Part shown: piece by piece, positions 52,244 through 64,000 of the stretch
Layout of the letters: the number at the start of each line of letters is the position of its first letter
How positions within the stretch are numbered: position 1 is the first letter of the stretch
Source of the DNA: Octopus bimaculoides
Taxonomy: Eukaryota
NCBI RefSeq assembly: GCF_001194135.2
Contig: NC_068990.1
Coordinates: 78,484,624-78,548,623 of the forward strand
DNA length: 64,000 bases
Direction: 5' to 3'
Translations under genes and position numbers: made by a program
The notes under the pieces: generated by a model
What the model saw: only the letters and a program-made list of their open reading frames with translations
Databases searched by the model: none
Told to the model about the DNA's origin: nothing

Positions 52244-52451
52244 AATAATAATAATAATAGAGAGACTCTGTGAGACCTCTGACTACAGGCTGTTGTCCAC
52301 TCTCACAGACCCAAGAAGAGCAAACAAGACCAAGCGCTCTGAAAAGTAAAACAACAACAACGACAATGACCTTTGTCTGTGGACAGCTGACCCCCTTTCC
52401 ATCATACCCAGCAAAATAAGCTGTGAGTTTTCATCACATAATAATAATGAT

Positions 52452-52853
52452 GGTTTCAAATTTTGGCACAGGGCCAGAAATTTCAGAAGGGGTAAGCCAA
52501 TGACATTAACCCCAGTGTTCAGCTGGTACTTATTTTAGTGACTCCAAAAGGATGAAAGGCAAAGTCAACCTCAGTGGAATTTGAAGTCAGAACATAAAGA
52601 TGGACCAAATGCCACTGAACATTTTGCCTAGCATGCTAATGATTCTCTTGGCTCACTGCCCCAAGGCCACAAATTTAGTAATGGGCTAGAGGAATACACT
52701 GACCCTTGGGTTTTATCAACCCTATAAGGATGAGCAGTAAAGTTAACCCTGACAGGGGTCTGACCTCAGAAAATAAAAAGCTTTAACAAAATATCAAAGT
52801 ATTTTGTCTAACACTCAAATGATTCTGCCATTCAATTACCCTTTTACTAATAG

Positions 52854-52889
<36 letters not shown>

Positions 52890-53120
52890 GAAAACAACAA
52901 CAGCAATGGCTTCAAATTTTGGAGCAGAACCAGCAATTTTCGAGGGGGGGGGGTCAGTTGATTACATCAACCTCAGTACTTGACTGGTACTTATTTTATC
53001 TACCATGAAAGGATGAAAGGCAAAGGTGATTCAGTGGGGTTTGAACTCAGAACGTAAAGAGGCAAAAGAAATACTACTAAACATTTTGTCTGATGCCATG
53101 CTAATGATTCTGCCAGTAGG
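52452..53120 (-). mobile_element. Three consecutive SINE copies, minus strand
   Basis: Repeated ggtttcaaattttgg...ggatgaaaggcaaag...gctaatgattctg at about 52452, 52690 and 52908. Confidence 0.8.
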
Positions 53121-53383
53121 AAATGAATTAATCTATTGAATTCAATCTACCATTTTCTAAATTCAAATTCCTCAAGGGTTAGTAAATTAATACCTGAGGT
53201 CAAATTAACTACATTTTTAGCCTGGTACAAAAACTTCTTTGTATCAGGTGAAGAAAATTTCACAATTCTGAGAAAGCCCTTAGAAAATAAACAAACATGG
53301 AAACTTCCATATCCATTTATTTTAAACCTGAGGTTAGATGTTGAATTTCAAAACACCAAACACATGAATAAAGACCCTTAATA

Positions 53384-53580
53384 TCATCATCATCATCATC
53401 ATCGTTTAACGTCTGCTTTCCATGCTAGCATGGGTTGGACGATTTGACTGAGGACTGGTGAAACCGGATGGCAACACCAGGCTCCAGTCTGATTTGGCAG
53501 AGTTTCTACAGCTGGATGCCCTTCCTAACGCCAACCACTCAGAGAGTGTAGTGGGTGCTTTTACGTGTCACCCGCACGGA
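53384..53580 (-). mobile_element. Young RTE LINE 3' tail
   Basis: catcatcatcgtttaacgtctgctttccatgctagcatgggttggacgatttgactgaggactgg; CpGs retained. Confidence 0.85.
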
Positions 53581-53677
53581 GCATATCAATTTAAAATTTA
53601 ATCTCTCACTCTCAGTTTGTTTAACTACTACTATTAGTAGCAGTAGAAGAAAGGATTATTATCATTATTATTATTAC

Positions 53678-54114
53678 GGTGGTGAGCTGGCAGAATCGTT
53701 AGCATGCTGGGCGGTATTTTGTCTGTATTCACGTTCTGGGTTCAAATTCTACCAAGGTCGACTTTGCCTTATCATCCCTTTCGGGGTTGATAAATTAAGT
53801 ACCAGTTGAGCACTGGCGTTGATGTAATCGACTTGACCCCTCCCCCGAAGATTCAGGCCTTGTGCCTTTGGTAGAAAGGATTGTCATTATTATTATAATT
53901 TTAGGTGGCAAGATGGCAGAATCATTAGCACACCAGTTGAAAAGCTTAGTGATATTTCATTTGTCTTTATGTTCTGAGTTCAAATTCCACCAGGGTCGAC
54001 TTTGCCTTTCATTCTTTCCGAGCCGATAAAATAAGTACCAGTTGAGCACTGAGGTTGGTTTAATTGACTTAACTCCTCCCCACAAAACTGCTGGCCTTGT
54101 GCCAGAATTTGAAA
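53678..54114 (+). mobile_element. Two consecutive SINE copies, plus strand
   Basis: ggtggtgagctggcagaatcgttagc... at 53678 and ggtggcaagatggcagaatcattagc... at 53903, each ending in an (ATT)n-type tail. Confidence 0.85.
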
Positions 54115-54128
54115 TTATTATTGTTATT

Positions 54129-55169
54129 AGTCTTAGTAAGTAGCAGGGCAGATAAATTACAAATCCCTTCGGGTAGATGGCCCTGCTTGATCTGTAGAAA
54201 AGGTGTGGGTAGAAACTCCCTAAGATGTACCCGGTGTAAGGTATGGACACGTTAGAGGTGCAGAGAGCTCCTACCTCTGCTGACAACAAAGGGCTTCTCC
54301 TTCAGAGTGAAAGGTAGATTGTACGATGCCTGTGTGTGAACAACTGTGCTACATGGCAGTGAAACATGGGCTGTGACAGCTGAGGACATGTGTAGGCTTG
54401 AAAGAAATGAAGCCAGTATACTCTGCTGAATGTGTAACGTCAGTGGGCATGTACAACAGAGTGTAAGCATCTTGAGAGGAAAGTTGGGCATAAGAGGCAT
54501 CAGGAGTGGTGTGCAAGAGAGATGATTGTGCTGGTGTGTTCAGGTGATGTGTACGGACAAGGACAGCTGTGTAAAGAAGGGCTGATCTCTAACTGTGGAG
54601 GGAACCTGTGGTAGAGGTAGACCTAGGAAGACATGGGATGAAGTGGTAAAGCGTGATCTTCGAAATTTGGGCCTCACAGAGGAAATGACTATTGACCAAG
54701 ACCTTTGGTGATATGCTGCGCTTGAGAAGACCCATGCAGCCAAGTGTAATCATAATCATGGCTGATGCTGGTGTCACACAACTGGCACATAGAAAGCACC
54801 TTTCAAGCATTGGGCCTCACATAGGCAAAGTGACTGATGCTGGAGGCACATGAAAAGCTCCTTTCAAGTGTTGGGCCTCACAGAGGCAATGACAAATGAC
54901 CAAGACCTTGGTATTATGCTATGCTTGAGAAGAAGACCCATCAAGCCAAGTAAAATCACAGTCATGGCAGATACTGGTGTCACACAAATGGCACCCGTGC
55001 CAGTGGCACATCAAAGCACCCATTACACTCTCAGAGTAGTTAGCATTAGGAAGGGCATCCAGCCATAGAAACCATGTCAAATCAGACTGGAGTCTGGTGC
55101 AGCCTTCCAGCCTGTCAGCCCTGGTCAAACCATCCAGCCCATGTCAGCATGGACAACAGACATTAAATA

Positions 55170-55200
<31 letters not shown>
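54129..55200 (+). mobile_element. RTE LINE 3' fragment (partial PHD, C-terminus, modular 3' UTR)
   Basis: WPCLICRKGVGRNSLRCTRCKVW; deletion to ELLPLL...RLYDACV; GRGRPRKTWDEVVK; (GAT)n tail. Confidence 0.9.
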
Positions 55201-55201
<1 letters not shown>

Positions 55202-55440
55202 GGTAGTGAGCTGACAAAATCATTAGCACACCAGACAAAATGCTTTGTGGTATTTTGTCCATCTTTACATTAACTGTTCAAATTCTGTCAAGGCTGACTT
55301 AGCCTTTCATCCTTCTGGGGTTAATAAAATAAGCGCCAGTAGAGCACTGGTGTCAATCTAATTGATTAGATCATTCCACCAAAATTTCAGGCCACATGCC
55401 TTTACTAGAAAAGATCATTATTATTATTTGCTTGTTGTTA

Positions 55441-55803
55441 TCTTTTATCTTTTACTTGTTTCAGTCATTAGACTGCGGCCATCCTGGGGCAGCTTGATAA
55501 ATTTTAGTCAAATGAACCAATCCCGGCACTTCTGTTTCTTTTAAGCCTGGCATTTATTCAGTTGGTCTCTTTTGCTGAACCACTAGGTTATGGAGACATA
55601 AACACACCAACACTAGTTGACAAGTAGTAGGGGACAAATGCAAATATCTATAGAATGACAGGCTTCTTTCAGTTTCTGTCTACCAAATCAACTCACAAGG
55701 CTTTGGTTGGTCTAAGTAGAGGACACTTACCCAAGATGCCATGCAGTGGGACTGAATCTGGAACCATGTGGTTGGGAAACAAACTTCTGACCACACAGCC
55801 ATG
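55441..55803 (-). mobile_element. CORE-like SINE, full length
   Basis: Collinear with 5713-6106. A head-only copy lies at 56778-56878. Confidence 0.85.
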
Positions 55804-57694
55804 GCTGGGGAAATTTGAGAAATGTCACAACTTGGCATTTCTTAAGGTTGTGTAAGTTAAAATCCAATTAAAATAATTTCATGAGAATATCTTATCAAAT
55901 CAAGCATAATAAAGAAGAAGAAGTAGCTAGTATGTCAATTAATGCATTTTAACTCATTATAACCTAAACAATTAACGCTGTAGCCTCTTAACAATATACT
56001 CTTTTATACATTGAGCCTAATATATAAAATGCATACAGAAGAATATACAAAACTCTTATAGCCATGCAAACCAAGAATATGTCAATCTTAACTTTATATT
56101 AGTAATTCACTATTATTGTTAAATATTGGTTTCAAATTTTGACACAAGACCAGAATTTTGGGGAAGAGGGTAAGGTCCATAACAGCCTCAGTGCATAACT
56201 GGTACTTATTTTATCAACCCTGAAAGGATGAAAGGCAAAGCTGGCCTCAACTGAATTTCAACTCAGAACATAAAGACAGATAAAATACTGCAAAACATTT
56301 TGCCTGCAGTGCTAACAATTCTGCCAACTGCCACTTTGATATTATAGACATTTATTGTCAAATAATATTAAACTGAAAAGCAAATAAATTGGGTTTCTCT
56401 CTGCTGATGACATCACAGTTAATTAAAAATGAGGATAGAATGAAGATGAAGTGTTATAGAATATTGATGATAATATGGTACTAAATACTAAAAGTGAAAA
56501 AAAAAAAAAAGAGATATTTTTTTATTATGTGAACTCTTTTATAAATTCACAGTATAAACATTGATTCCTAAAAGACAGAAAGCCTCTATTTTTTTTATTT
56601 TTTTTATTTTGAGATGAGCATAATAGTTCATATCAATCTTGGGAGGACAAATGACAAATTAAACTCATATAAAGTCATCAATGACAGTGGTATTGATAAA
56701 CTCATGTGTCATGTATGTCTTGCCCTTGCCAGTTTTTATTTAAATAATATTGTGGGGTTTTGTTGTTATCTAACATAGTCTAAGGCTATAGTAGAGGACA
56801 TTTGCCCAAGGTGCCATGCTGTGGGACTGAATTGGAACCATGCAGTTGGGAAGCAAACTTATTACTACATAGCCATGGCAGGGGAAATTTAGGAAATGTC
56901 ACAACTTGAAGATTGTAATTTAGTAATCGAACCAACATTGTCAGCTCGTTAAACATAAACCTAATGCTACTAATTTGATAAAATGTTTCAATCCAATTTT
57001 TTTAATTGTTCTCTATGCTAAATCAAAAGTGTTAAAAATTACCAAAATAAAAATTATCTTTACAATTAAAATAATAACAAAATCAATTTTCGAGCTGAAT
57101 AAAAACCAGTGAAAACATCATATCCACAAAGTTCTGCAGTTAAAGGTTTTTAAGCTTGACAGAATTTTGAAATTTTGTTTTGGGCGTTATTTCTAGTGTT
57201 TTATTTGAAAATCTTTGTCACTGTTTAATTTTACTTTTGTTGCTATTATAGATTATACACAGCAATATATGCTAAATTAGAGCAGCCAATTATTTTTCTA
57301 GTTATGGTAAAGATAATATCAGCCATGAAAGATCAGTTTCTCCTCAAAATGAATTCTAAAGAGACAATTATTTTGGCTATCAACAGAAATATAAGAAACC
57401 ATAAAAGAAGATCTATTCCTATGCTCTCTAAACTATAAAGCAATTCTGTGACTCCAATGAATATCCATTACTCATGAAATAACTAAAGGCTCTTAAGCAT
57501 TGAGTCAAGTCAATTATCAAGGGAAGAGACAGGAAAAGACATCAATCCAGGTCAGAATCCAAATAATTAGTCGCCCACTAATAACGGGTGAGGAAGATTT
57601 TTTAACCATTCGTCTATCTGAGATGAAATCATCATCCAATAATTACAAGCTGACAGATGATCTTCATTTAGATGTCTTCTACTATTCTCTACAC

Positions 57695-57900
57695 TTGTGG
57701 CTTAGTGGTTTAGGGTGTTGGACTCATGGTTATACAATTGTGGTTTCGATTCCTGGACCGGGTGATGCATTGTGCTCTTGAACAAAACACTTCATTTTGT
57801 GTTGCTCCAGTCCACTCAGCTGACAAAAATGAGCAATCCTGCGATGGACCCTAACCCCGTCCAGGTGGGGGAATCAGGAAACCGGCCCTTATGAATTGGC
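57695..57900 (+). mobile_element. tRNA-derived SINE with cctgcgatggac...ccgtccagg (V-domain-like) segment
   Basis: A box tggcttagtgg, B box ggtttcgattcc, then gtgctcttgaacaaaacacttc and cctgcgatggaccctaaccccgtccagg. The domain name is from memory. Confidence 0.7.
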
Positions 57901-57999
57901 ATGACTTCAGGAGATAACTTTACTTTTTTTTTTTATTCTCTATGCTTTTGGGAATCAGAAAAACTTTTCATTTAAGAATATTTGAAATAAATTTATTCT

Positions 58000-58340
58000 A
58001 TAGAATAAAGTTACATAAACCACCTTAAACCATCATGTGAATACATTTACCAAACAAGATGACTTCCAAATAGTTCCTGCTAAAAACCGATGGCACGTAT
58101 CCTTACTAAATTCTTTAAGCTTTCTCTGTATGCATCTATTTCGAGTTACAAAATCATTTTATAGGGTATCGCATCTCCCAGAAGGTAAGTATTCAAACTG
58201 TCCACATTTGATATGTCAAAGGCGATATACATGGTCTTACCACTGTCTATTTATAATCTCATGCAATGGCCACCAGTTTGGTTTCCATATAGCCAGATCT
58301 ACACGAAACTGCTTTTTGTAGCAGGTTAAATTACTGCAGT
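58000..58340 (-). mobile_element. Decayed CR1/L2-like RT remnant
   Basis: Minus frame IDSGKTMYIAFDIS (cf. xDxGxxxxxIFLDFSKAFD), with stops in all three frames. Confidence 0.45.
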
Positions 58341-59253
58341 TAAATCTCTCTCAGATGACACCCTCCAGTCTTTAAAAAGAAAAAAAAATCAAGGGGACAC
58401 AATTGGATAATATAATCCTTGAAGCAAGCTAGAAAATTAAAAAAAGATATGTTTGGAGCACATCTAATCTCACCAGGACTAAAGTGAAGCGAAACGAACA
58501 ACTGCAAAACTTCTTGCAAAATAAAACAAGTGGAGCATTTGGAAAAATAAGTGTGAAAGAAAGTTGAAAAAATATTTTGAGAAAACTGCAAGACTGGCCA
58601 TGGTTTATAATAGTTGGTAAGAAACAAAGCTGAGGTTGACATTGACTGATGATAGAGAATGAGAAGATCTACAAATAAACAAGCTTTCTGACAAATTGTG
58701 TGCATTCTGTTAGCATGTTGAAGAATATCCCCCATGGACAGCAATGATATAGAAACGTTAGAAAAAAAAGGGAAAAGAAAAAGCACTACCACCTAATGTA
58801 AACAAAATACTGTTATCTGTTGAAGATTTAATTATTAATATAAAATAATTTACTTATCTACCTGCTAGAAAGAACAGCCAGATCACCCTCACATTAAACA
58901 AGGACAAACTGAAAGATATAGTTCTAGATACTCCTAAAAGGACAGGATAGTCATGGTTGGAACGCTTTTGATCATAAGTTTGTTCAATCAGAAACAGCAT
59001 GAAGGTTTAAATTTCCAAGCAGGGAATTTCATTCTCAAAAGAGAATGGCCATAAATCAAAATAAGGAAAAATTTTTTTAAAGTCTACAAAAATACTGGAA
59101 ATTCTGAGAGGCAAATGTTTTGCGGGGAACAATTCAATGTGAGAATGGTTATTGCAAGAGATACAACATGGCTTAGTCTTTGTCCCTAAAATACAGAAGG
59201 TATTTCAAAGTTGGGAAATAATCAAGAATTTGAAGGAATTTAGAAAGATAAAT

Positions 59254-59576
59254 AGGCATGGCTGTGTGGTAAGAAGCTTGCTTCTCAACCAAATGGTTCT
59301 AGGTTCAGACCCACTGCATGGCACCTGTGGTAAGTGTCTTCTACTGTAGCTTTGTGAGTGGATTTGATAGATGGAAACTGAAAGAAGCCTATGGTATATA
59401 CATATGTTTACATCCTCATAGCTTAGCAGTTTGTCAAAAGAGACTGATAAAATAAGGACCAGGCTTAAGAGAAAAATAAGTACTGGGGTCAGTTCATTCA
59501 ACTAAAAATCTTTCAAGGTGGTGCCCCAGCATGGGCACAGTCTAATGACTGAAACAAGTAAAAGATAGATAAAAGA
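59254..59576 (+). mobile_element. CORE-like SINE with internal deletions
   Basis: ggcatggctgtgtggtaagaagcttgc...aatgactgaaacaagtaaaag. Confidence 0.85.
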
Positions 59577-59994
59577 ACTTTTTTTATTAATATTAATATA
59601 GGAACCATATCTGATATTAGATTAGCTTAATCTTCGTTCTTATTAGGTTGGTGTTTGAAACACAACAAAAGGCTTTTACATGAAAATTATGATGGAAGGG
59701 TTAATCTTAAATACAAGTAGTTTAAAACAAGCAATTTTCTTTTATAAACTGCAAATAAATTTGTATCAAAAGAGCTAAATATAAAACAGCCTACCTTGAA
59801 ACACTCTTAATTAATATAGCATCGAAACTGATGGGAAATTTAAAAGGAAAATAGCAAGGAATTTGACCAGTCAGTACTTACAATAAAAGCAAAACTTTTT
59901 ATCAATACCATACCAGCAACACTACAAGGACACTAACAAGTTATCATGCTGGTTGTTGCTCCACCCATTGGCACTAAAATATAAACTATACCAC

Positions 59995-60112
59995 ACTAAA
60001 GTGCACCAACAGTAATGAAATTGCAGAAAATATGATCCGGAGTTCCCCTCCTAAAACCAGCCTTGGATAACCACAAAAGTCTATTTTCGATCAAAACTAA
60101 CAGCTCACGACT
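59995..60112 (-). mobile_element. Decayed LINE RT remnant (motif 2 region)
   Basis: Minus frame LIENRLLWLSKAGFRRGTPDHIF resembles RL...QxGFRxGRSTxDHIF. Confidence 0.45.
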
Positions 60113-60472
60113 CTGAAAGACATAAGTATTTGAAATTCAGGAGCAGCAAAAGCAACCAGATACACAGAAAGGATAGAAAAAAGAAAGAAAGCATTTTGAC
60201 ATGTCAGCTATGTGGAATTTGTATGGAAAATTGTAGCCCATATCTTAAGTAAATTAACTGCCAGAAAATGTCCTAAAGGTAAGCCTATGATATCATCGTA
60301 CCCTCCACTGTATCATGATATCATAGAAGAGTTACATTACAATGTACATCATAAATAGGGTAAACCAGGAGATCGATACGTGGCAACTACAAAATCATAA
60401 TAGAGGTAGAAAACATTCAAAATAAAGTCAACTGTTGTGGAGGTTATACACACACACACACACATGTATATG

Positions 60473-60521
<49 letters not shown>

Positions 60522-60830
60522 GGTAAGAAGCACTGCCTTTACAATAAATGTAAAAGAGGTCTCTTGACAAGTACTTAACCAAGACTATGGCCATTTCACT
60601 AAGTATTTCCAAGTCCAATCATTTTGAGAAGTTGAGCTTCACAAAGATGTAGTGAATGAAGTCAATTTATAAACTATATGAAACCAGTAAAACATTTTAA
60701 AAATGTTTCAAAAGTACTCTTCATCCTCTTCACACTAATTACTGTTTAGGCAAAAAGAACTCTTATCTTGATAGGAAGAAATTAAAAAAAAAATTTCCAT
60801 ACATAAATATTTACATTTTACTTGTACTTT

Positions 60831-60866
<36 letters not shown>

Positions 60867-61839
60867 GTACATACAAACAAAATGTATACATTATATTCAG
60901 AAACAAATTATTTCTTAGATGACTAACACATTTTTTATTTGTATGTGTGTGTGTGTGTATATACACACACAAATAATTCTTTAATGATTAACACATTTGC
61001 ATATGTATATACACGTAAACACATACAGACCTATACACACACACACAAACATTATTAGATGAATATATATACACATACAGAAATCTTTTGCACATGTACA
61101 CATTTTTACACAAAACAAATACAATACAGATAGGTCTTTCACAGTAATAGTATAAACATTTCAATGTTGATATTGAAACAATGTAACCTCCACACAATAC
61201 TGATATTAACTGATATCATATCAACAATAAACAGGCACAAGTTTTATCATATACATGCTTATATATAATATCAAACTAAAACAAAATATATCAAAAAGCT
61301 AACATTTCATTCAATATACAAATGACATCATTATGTATGTATATATATATATATATATATATTCAGTTTTATTACTAGCACAAAAATAGCACCCTTCATT
61401 TGTACCCAACAAACAATGAGTATTTCAATGTTAATCCGTTATACAAAGGATCTCTATCTCTCCCCTCTCCCCCTCTCTCTGTTCTACACACACTTCACCA
61501 ACAAAACTGATATTTCAGCATTACTACATAATAGATATTATTACCATGATGCTGTCAATAGCTCTTCTGGGTAGGAACTGCCACTTCTTTGCACCATCAA
61601 ATATCAGCAAATATAGAAACAAGTTTTAACATTATGATCATTATTGTTTGGTGGTGGTGGTGGTGGTAGGATTGCTTAGGTCACTACTACCTCACAGTTG
61701 TATTCTATCCATTCACAGTCAAAGTACCAAAAGGTACTGGGGTTCACTCTATTGTCTATACTCTTTATCTGATATCGTGTATAGTATAAGGAATAGACTA
61801 TCATCATCATCATCATCATCAATATGGCAGATTACATGG

Positions 61840-62282
61840 CAGAATCATGTAATCAACCTCCCATTCACCACAAATTGCCGGTCTTGTGCCATAATTTGAA
61901 ACCATTATTATTATTATTATTATTATCATCATCATCTTGTTTACACACGCACACACACATTCTTTGTTTTGTCCTGTACTGTCCATGTTTTTCTTAATGT
62001 GAACCCTTGTGGTGAATAAAGAAATCATCATCATCATCATCGTCATCGTCAAAGAGGTAAGCTAGCAGAATTGTTAGCAACACCAGACAAAATGCTTAGT
62101 GGCATTAACTCTGTTTTTGTGTTGAATTCAAATTCCCCACCTGAGGTCAACTTTGCATTTCATCCTTTCAGAGTCAATAAAATAAGTCCCAGTTGAGCAC
62201 TGAGGGGTGTGGGGTGGAGGTGTCAATGTCATTGTCTTATCCCCTCCCCTAAAACTGCTGACCTTCTGCCAAAATTTGAAAC

Positions 62283-62316
<34 letters not shown>

Positions 62317-62860
62317 GTTATCATTATTATTGGCTTTCTGAGTTCAAATTCCATCAAGGTCAACTTTGCCTTCCATCCTTTCACAGTCAATGAAATAAGT
62401 ACCAGTTTGAGCACTGGGGTTCATACATATACCCCCTCCCCAAAATATTCTGGGCACTGTGCCTATAATAGAAAGGGTTATTATTATTATTATCATTATA
62501 TGGCATCAAGAACAGGTTGGTGATTGTGTTCTCTGCAAAGTGAGTCAATAAATGCCTCTGATTCCTACAGGGAGCCATTCACGCCACAGATGACCTTGAA
62601 AAAGAAAAGGAAAAGGGCAGGAGGGGGCTGCAGCTTTTTGTTCTTTTGCCATGGATTCTGAGACACCAATTTTAAGTGAGAAATCCTTTTCGTCACAAAT
62701 GGCAGATTTGCTTACAACACAAGCACATACTTTGATATATTTGTGATTCTTCATGTGACTTCAAATTCCACAGAAGTCATATTTGCCTTTCATCCTTCCA
62801 GGGTGGATAAAATATAATCAAGTTTTTTTGAAATTGGTGGTCTCGTGTCTATGTTAGAAA
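61840..62860 (+). mobile_element. Cluster of head-to-tail SINE copies separated by (ATT)n/(ATC)n
   Basis: Repeated gaggtcaactttgc..ttcatcctttc...aataagt.ccagtt..gagcactg blocks at about 62140, 62355 and 62770. Confidence 0.75.
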
Positions 62861-64000
62861 TCCTGATTAAGTATTATGATTACCCTATTAGATCATTGAT
62901 GCTGCTGCCGCCACTACTACTACTATTACTACTACTTCCACCACCACCACCACTACCATCACAATATTTCCCCTGAAAGATCAAAATTAAAAGGTAAGTT
63001 TGCATTTGCTCAGCTGCTGCTATCAGTCATAATTAATTAACAAGGTTTATGTATTGTTTATTTCTCTTAGAACAAATTTTTTTTTTCGCTGTGAAGAACC
63101 TTAGGCAAGTTCTTCAATAAGTTTTCATGGAAACACAAAAAATAAAATGAAAATAAATATGAAATTAAATGTGATATGGAAAGCTTCAGGTGAAGGTGCA
63201 CCTGGGTAGATACTTTTGGTACTTGTTTCCACTTCATTCTACGCTATGTCTGACATTAGCTGTAAGTGTTCCAGGATTGATAAAATATAAACATAGCAAT
63301 CCATTAGATTTTGCCCAATTAATAAACTCAGCCTTAAGAATCTGAGTGGAGTAATAGGATGTGGTGCAGATGGTGGTGAAATGAAACTGTGACATATATT
63401 GGAGTTCAAGTCCCATTGAGATTTACTTAGCATTTTAACATTACATAGCATGAGAGAGGGGGAGAGAGAGAGAGAGAGAACCGGCAAGTTGAGATCATGA
63501 TGGAGTTTCAATAACTGGCTGAAACCATTTCCTTTCTATCACAATGCAAATGAGAAGAGAGAGAGAGAGAAAGACAGGAAGAGGTGGTCAGACAGAGACA
63601 GACAAAGACAGAGACAGACAAAGACAGATTACTGTCAAAATATTGCTTTCCTGCATTGACCCTAAAGTGAAAAACCTTTGTGTTAAGTCTAAAACCAATA
63701 TATCCAAGAACTACTGCCACACAGAACAGCATGCCCTTATGCCTAATATATTCAAGATGACTCTAGAAACAACCCCTCCTTCCAGACAACCCCCACTACC
63801 CATCCGAAAATAAATATTCAATTTCAAATTTCACCAATCAACTGCTAATTTTGAATTCTTTAGAAAAGAGAACTGGATTGACAATCCAATGGAGAAAATA
63901 AGGAGCAGAAATTACAACTATTCTCAAGGTAGCTCATTCCTCAAAGTTCAATATAGTCATAAGGTCAGGGGAGGGAGGTCAGTAAAATACGTACCAATAT

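Noticed and set aside
58241-58369. 129-nt minus-strand exon with strong splice-like signals
   Set aside because: All three frames contain stops, and the sequence is better explained as a decayed CR1/L2 RT.

Overview
AT-rich eukaryotic, repeat-dominated scaffold window with nine N-gaps, most of them bordered by microsatellites. It is not prokaryotic, and I found no CRISPR array, rRNA, true tRNA or operon. The SINE and LINE families resemble those I associate with coleoid cephalopods (Octopus-like); this is inferred from repeat content only. No host protein-coding exon could be identified with confidence, so the window is probably intronic or intergenic. Almost every recognisable reading frame is a decayed transposon. 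Retroelements: RTE-clade LINEs (four large pieces plus many 3' tails), three R4/Dong-like RLE retrotransposons (two abut (TAA)n), CR1/L2-like remnants and at least four tRNA-derived SINE families. DNA elements: a full-length dead DD41D Tc1/mariner, a hAT-Charlie remnant, a TTAA MITE, a Helitron 3' end and a MULE-like element with a 9-bp TSD. The most interesting signals are (1) a complete C4HC3 PHD finger inside the RTE reverse transcriptase, between motifs 6 and 7, (2) the MULE-like foldback carrying mirror-image SINE tails, (3) (TAA)n-associated R4/Dong copies truncated at the same homologous codon, and (4) a perfect 42-nt Dong patch at a chimeric junction. I do not see a new host-encoded system. 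All alignments were done by eye, with no database search.
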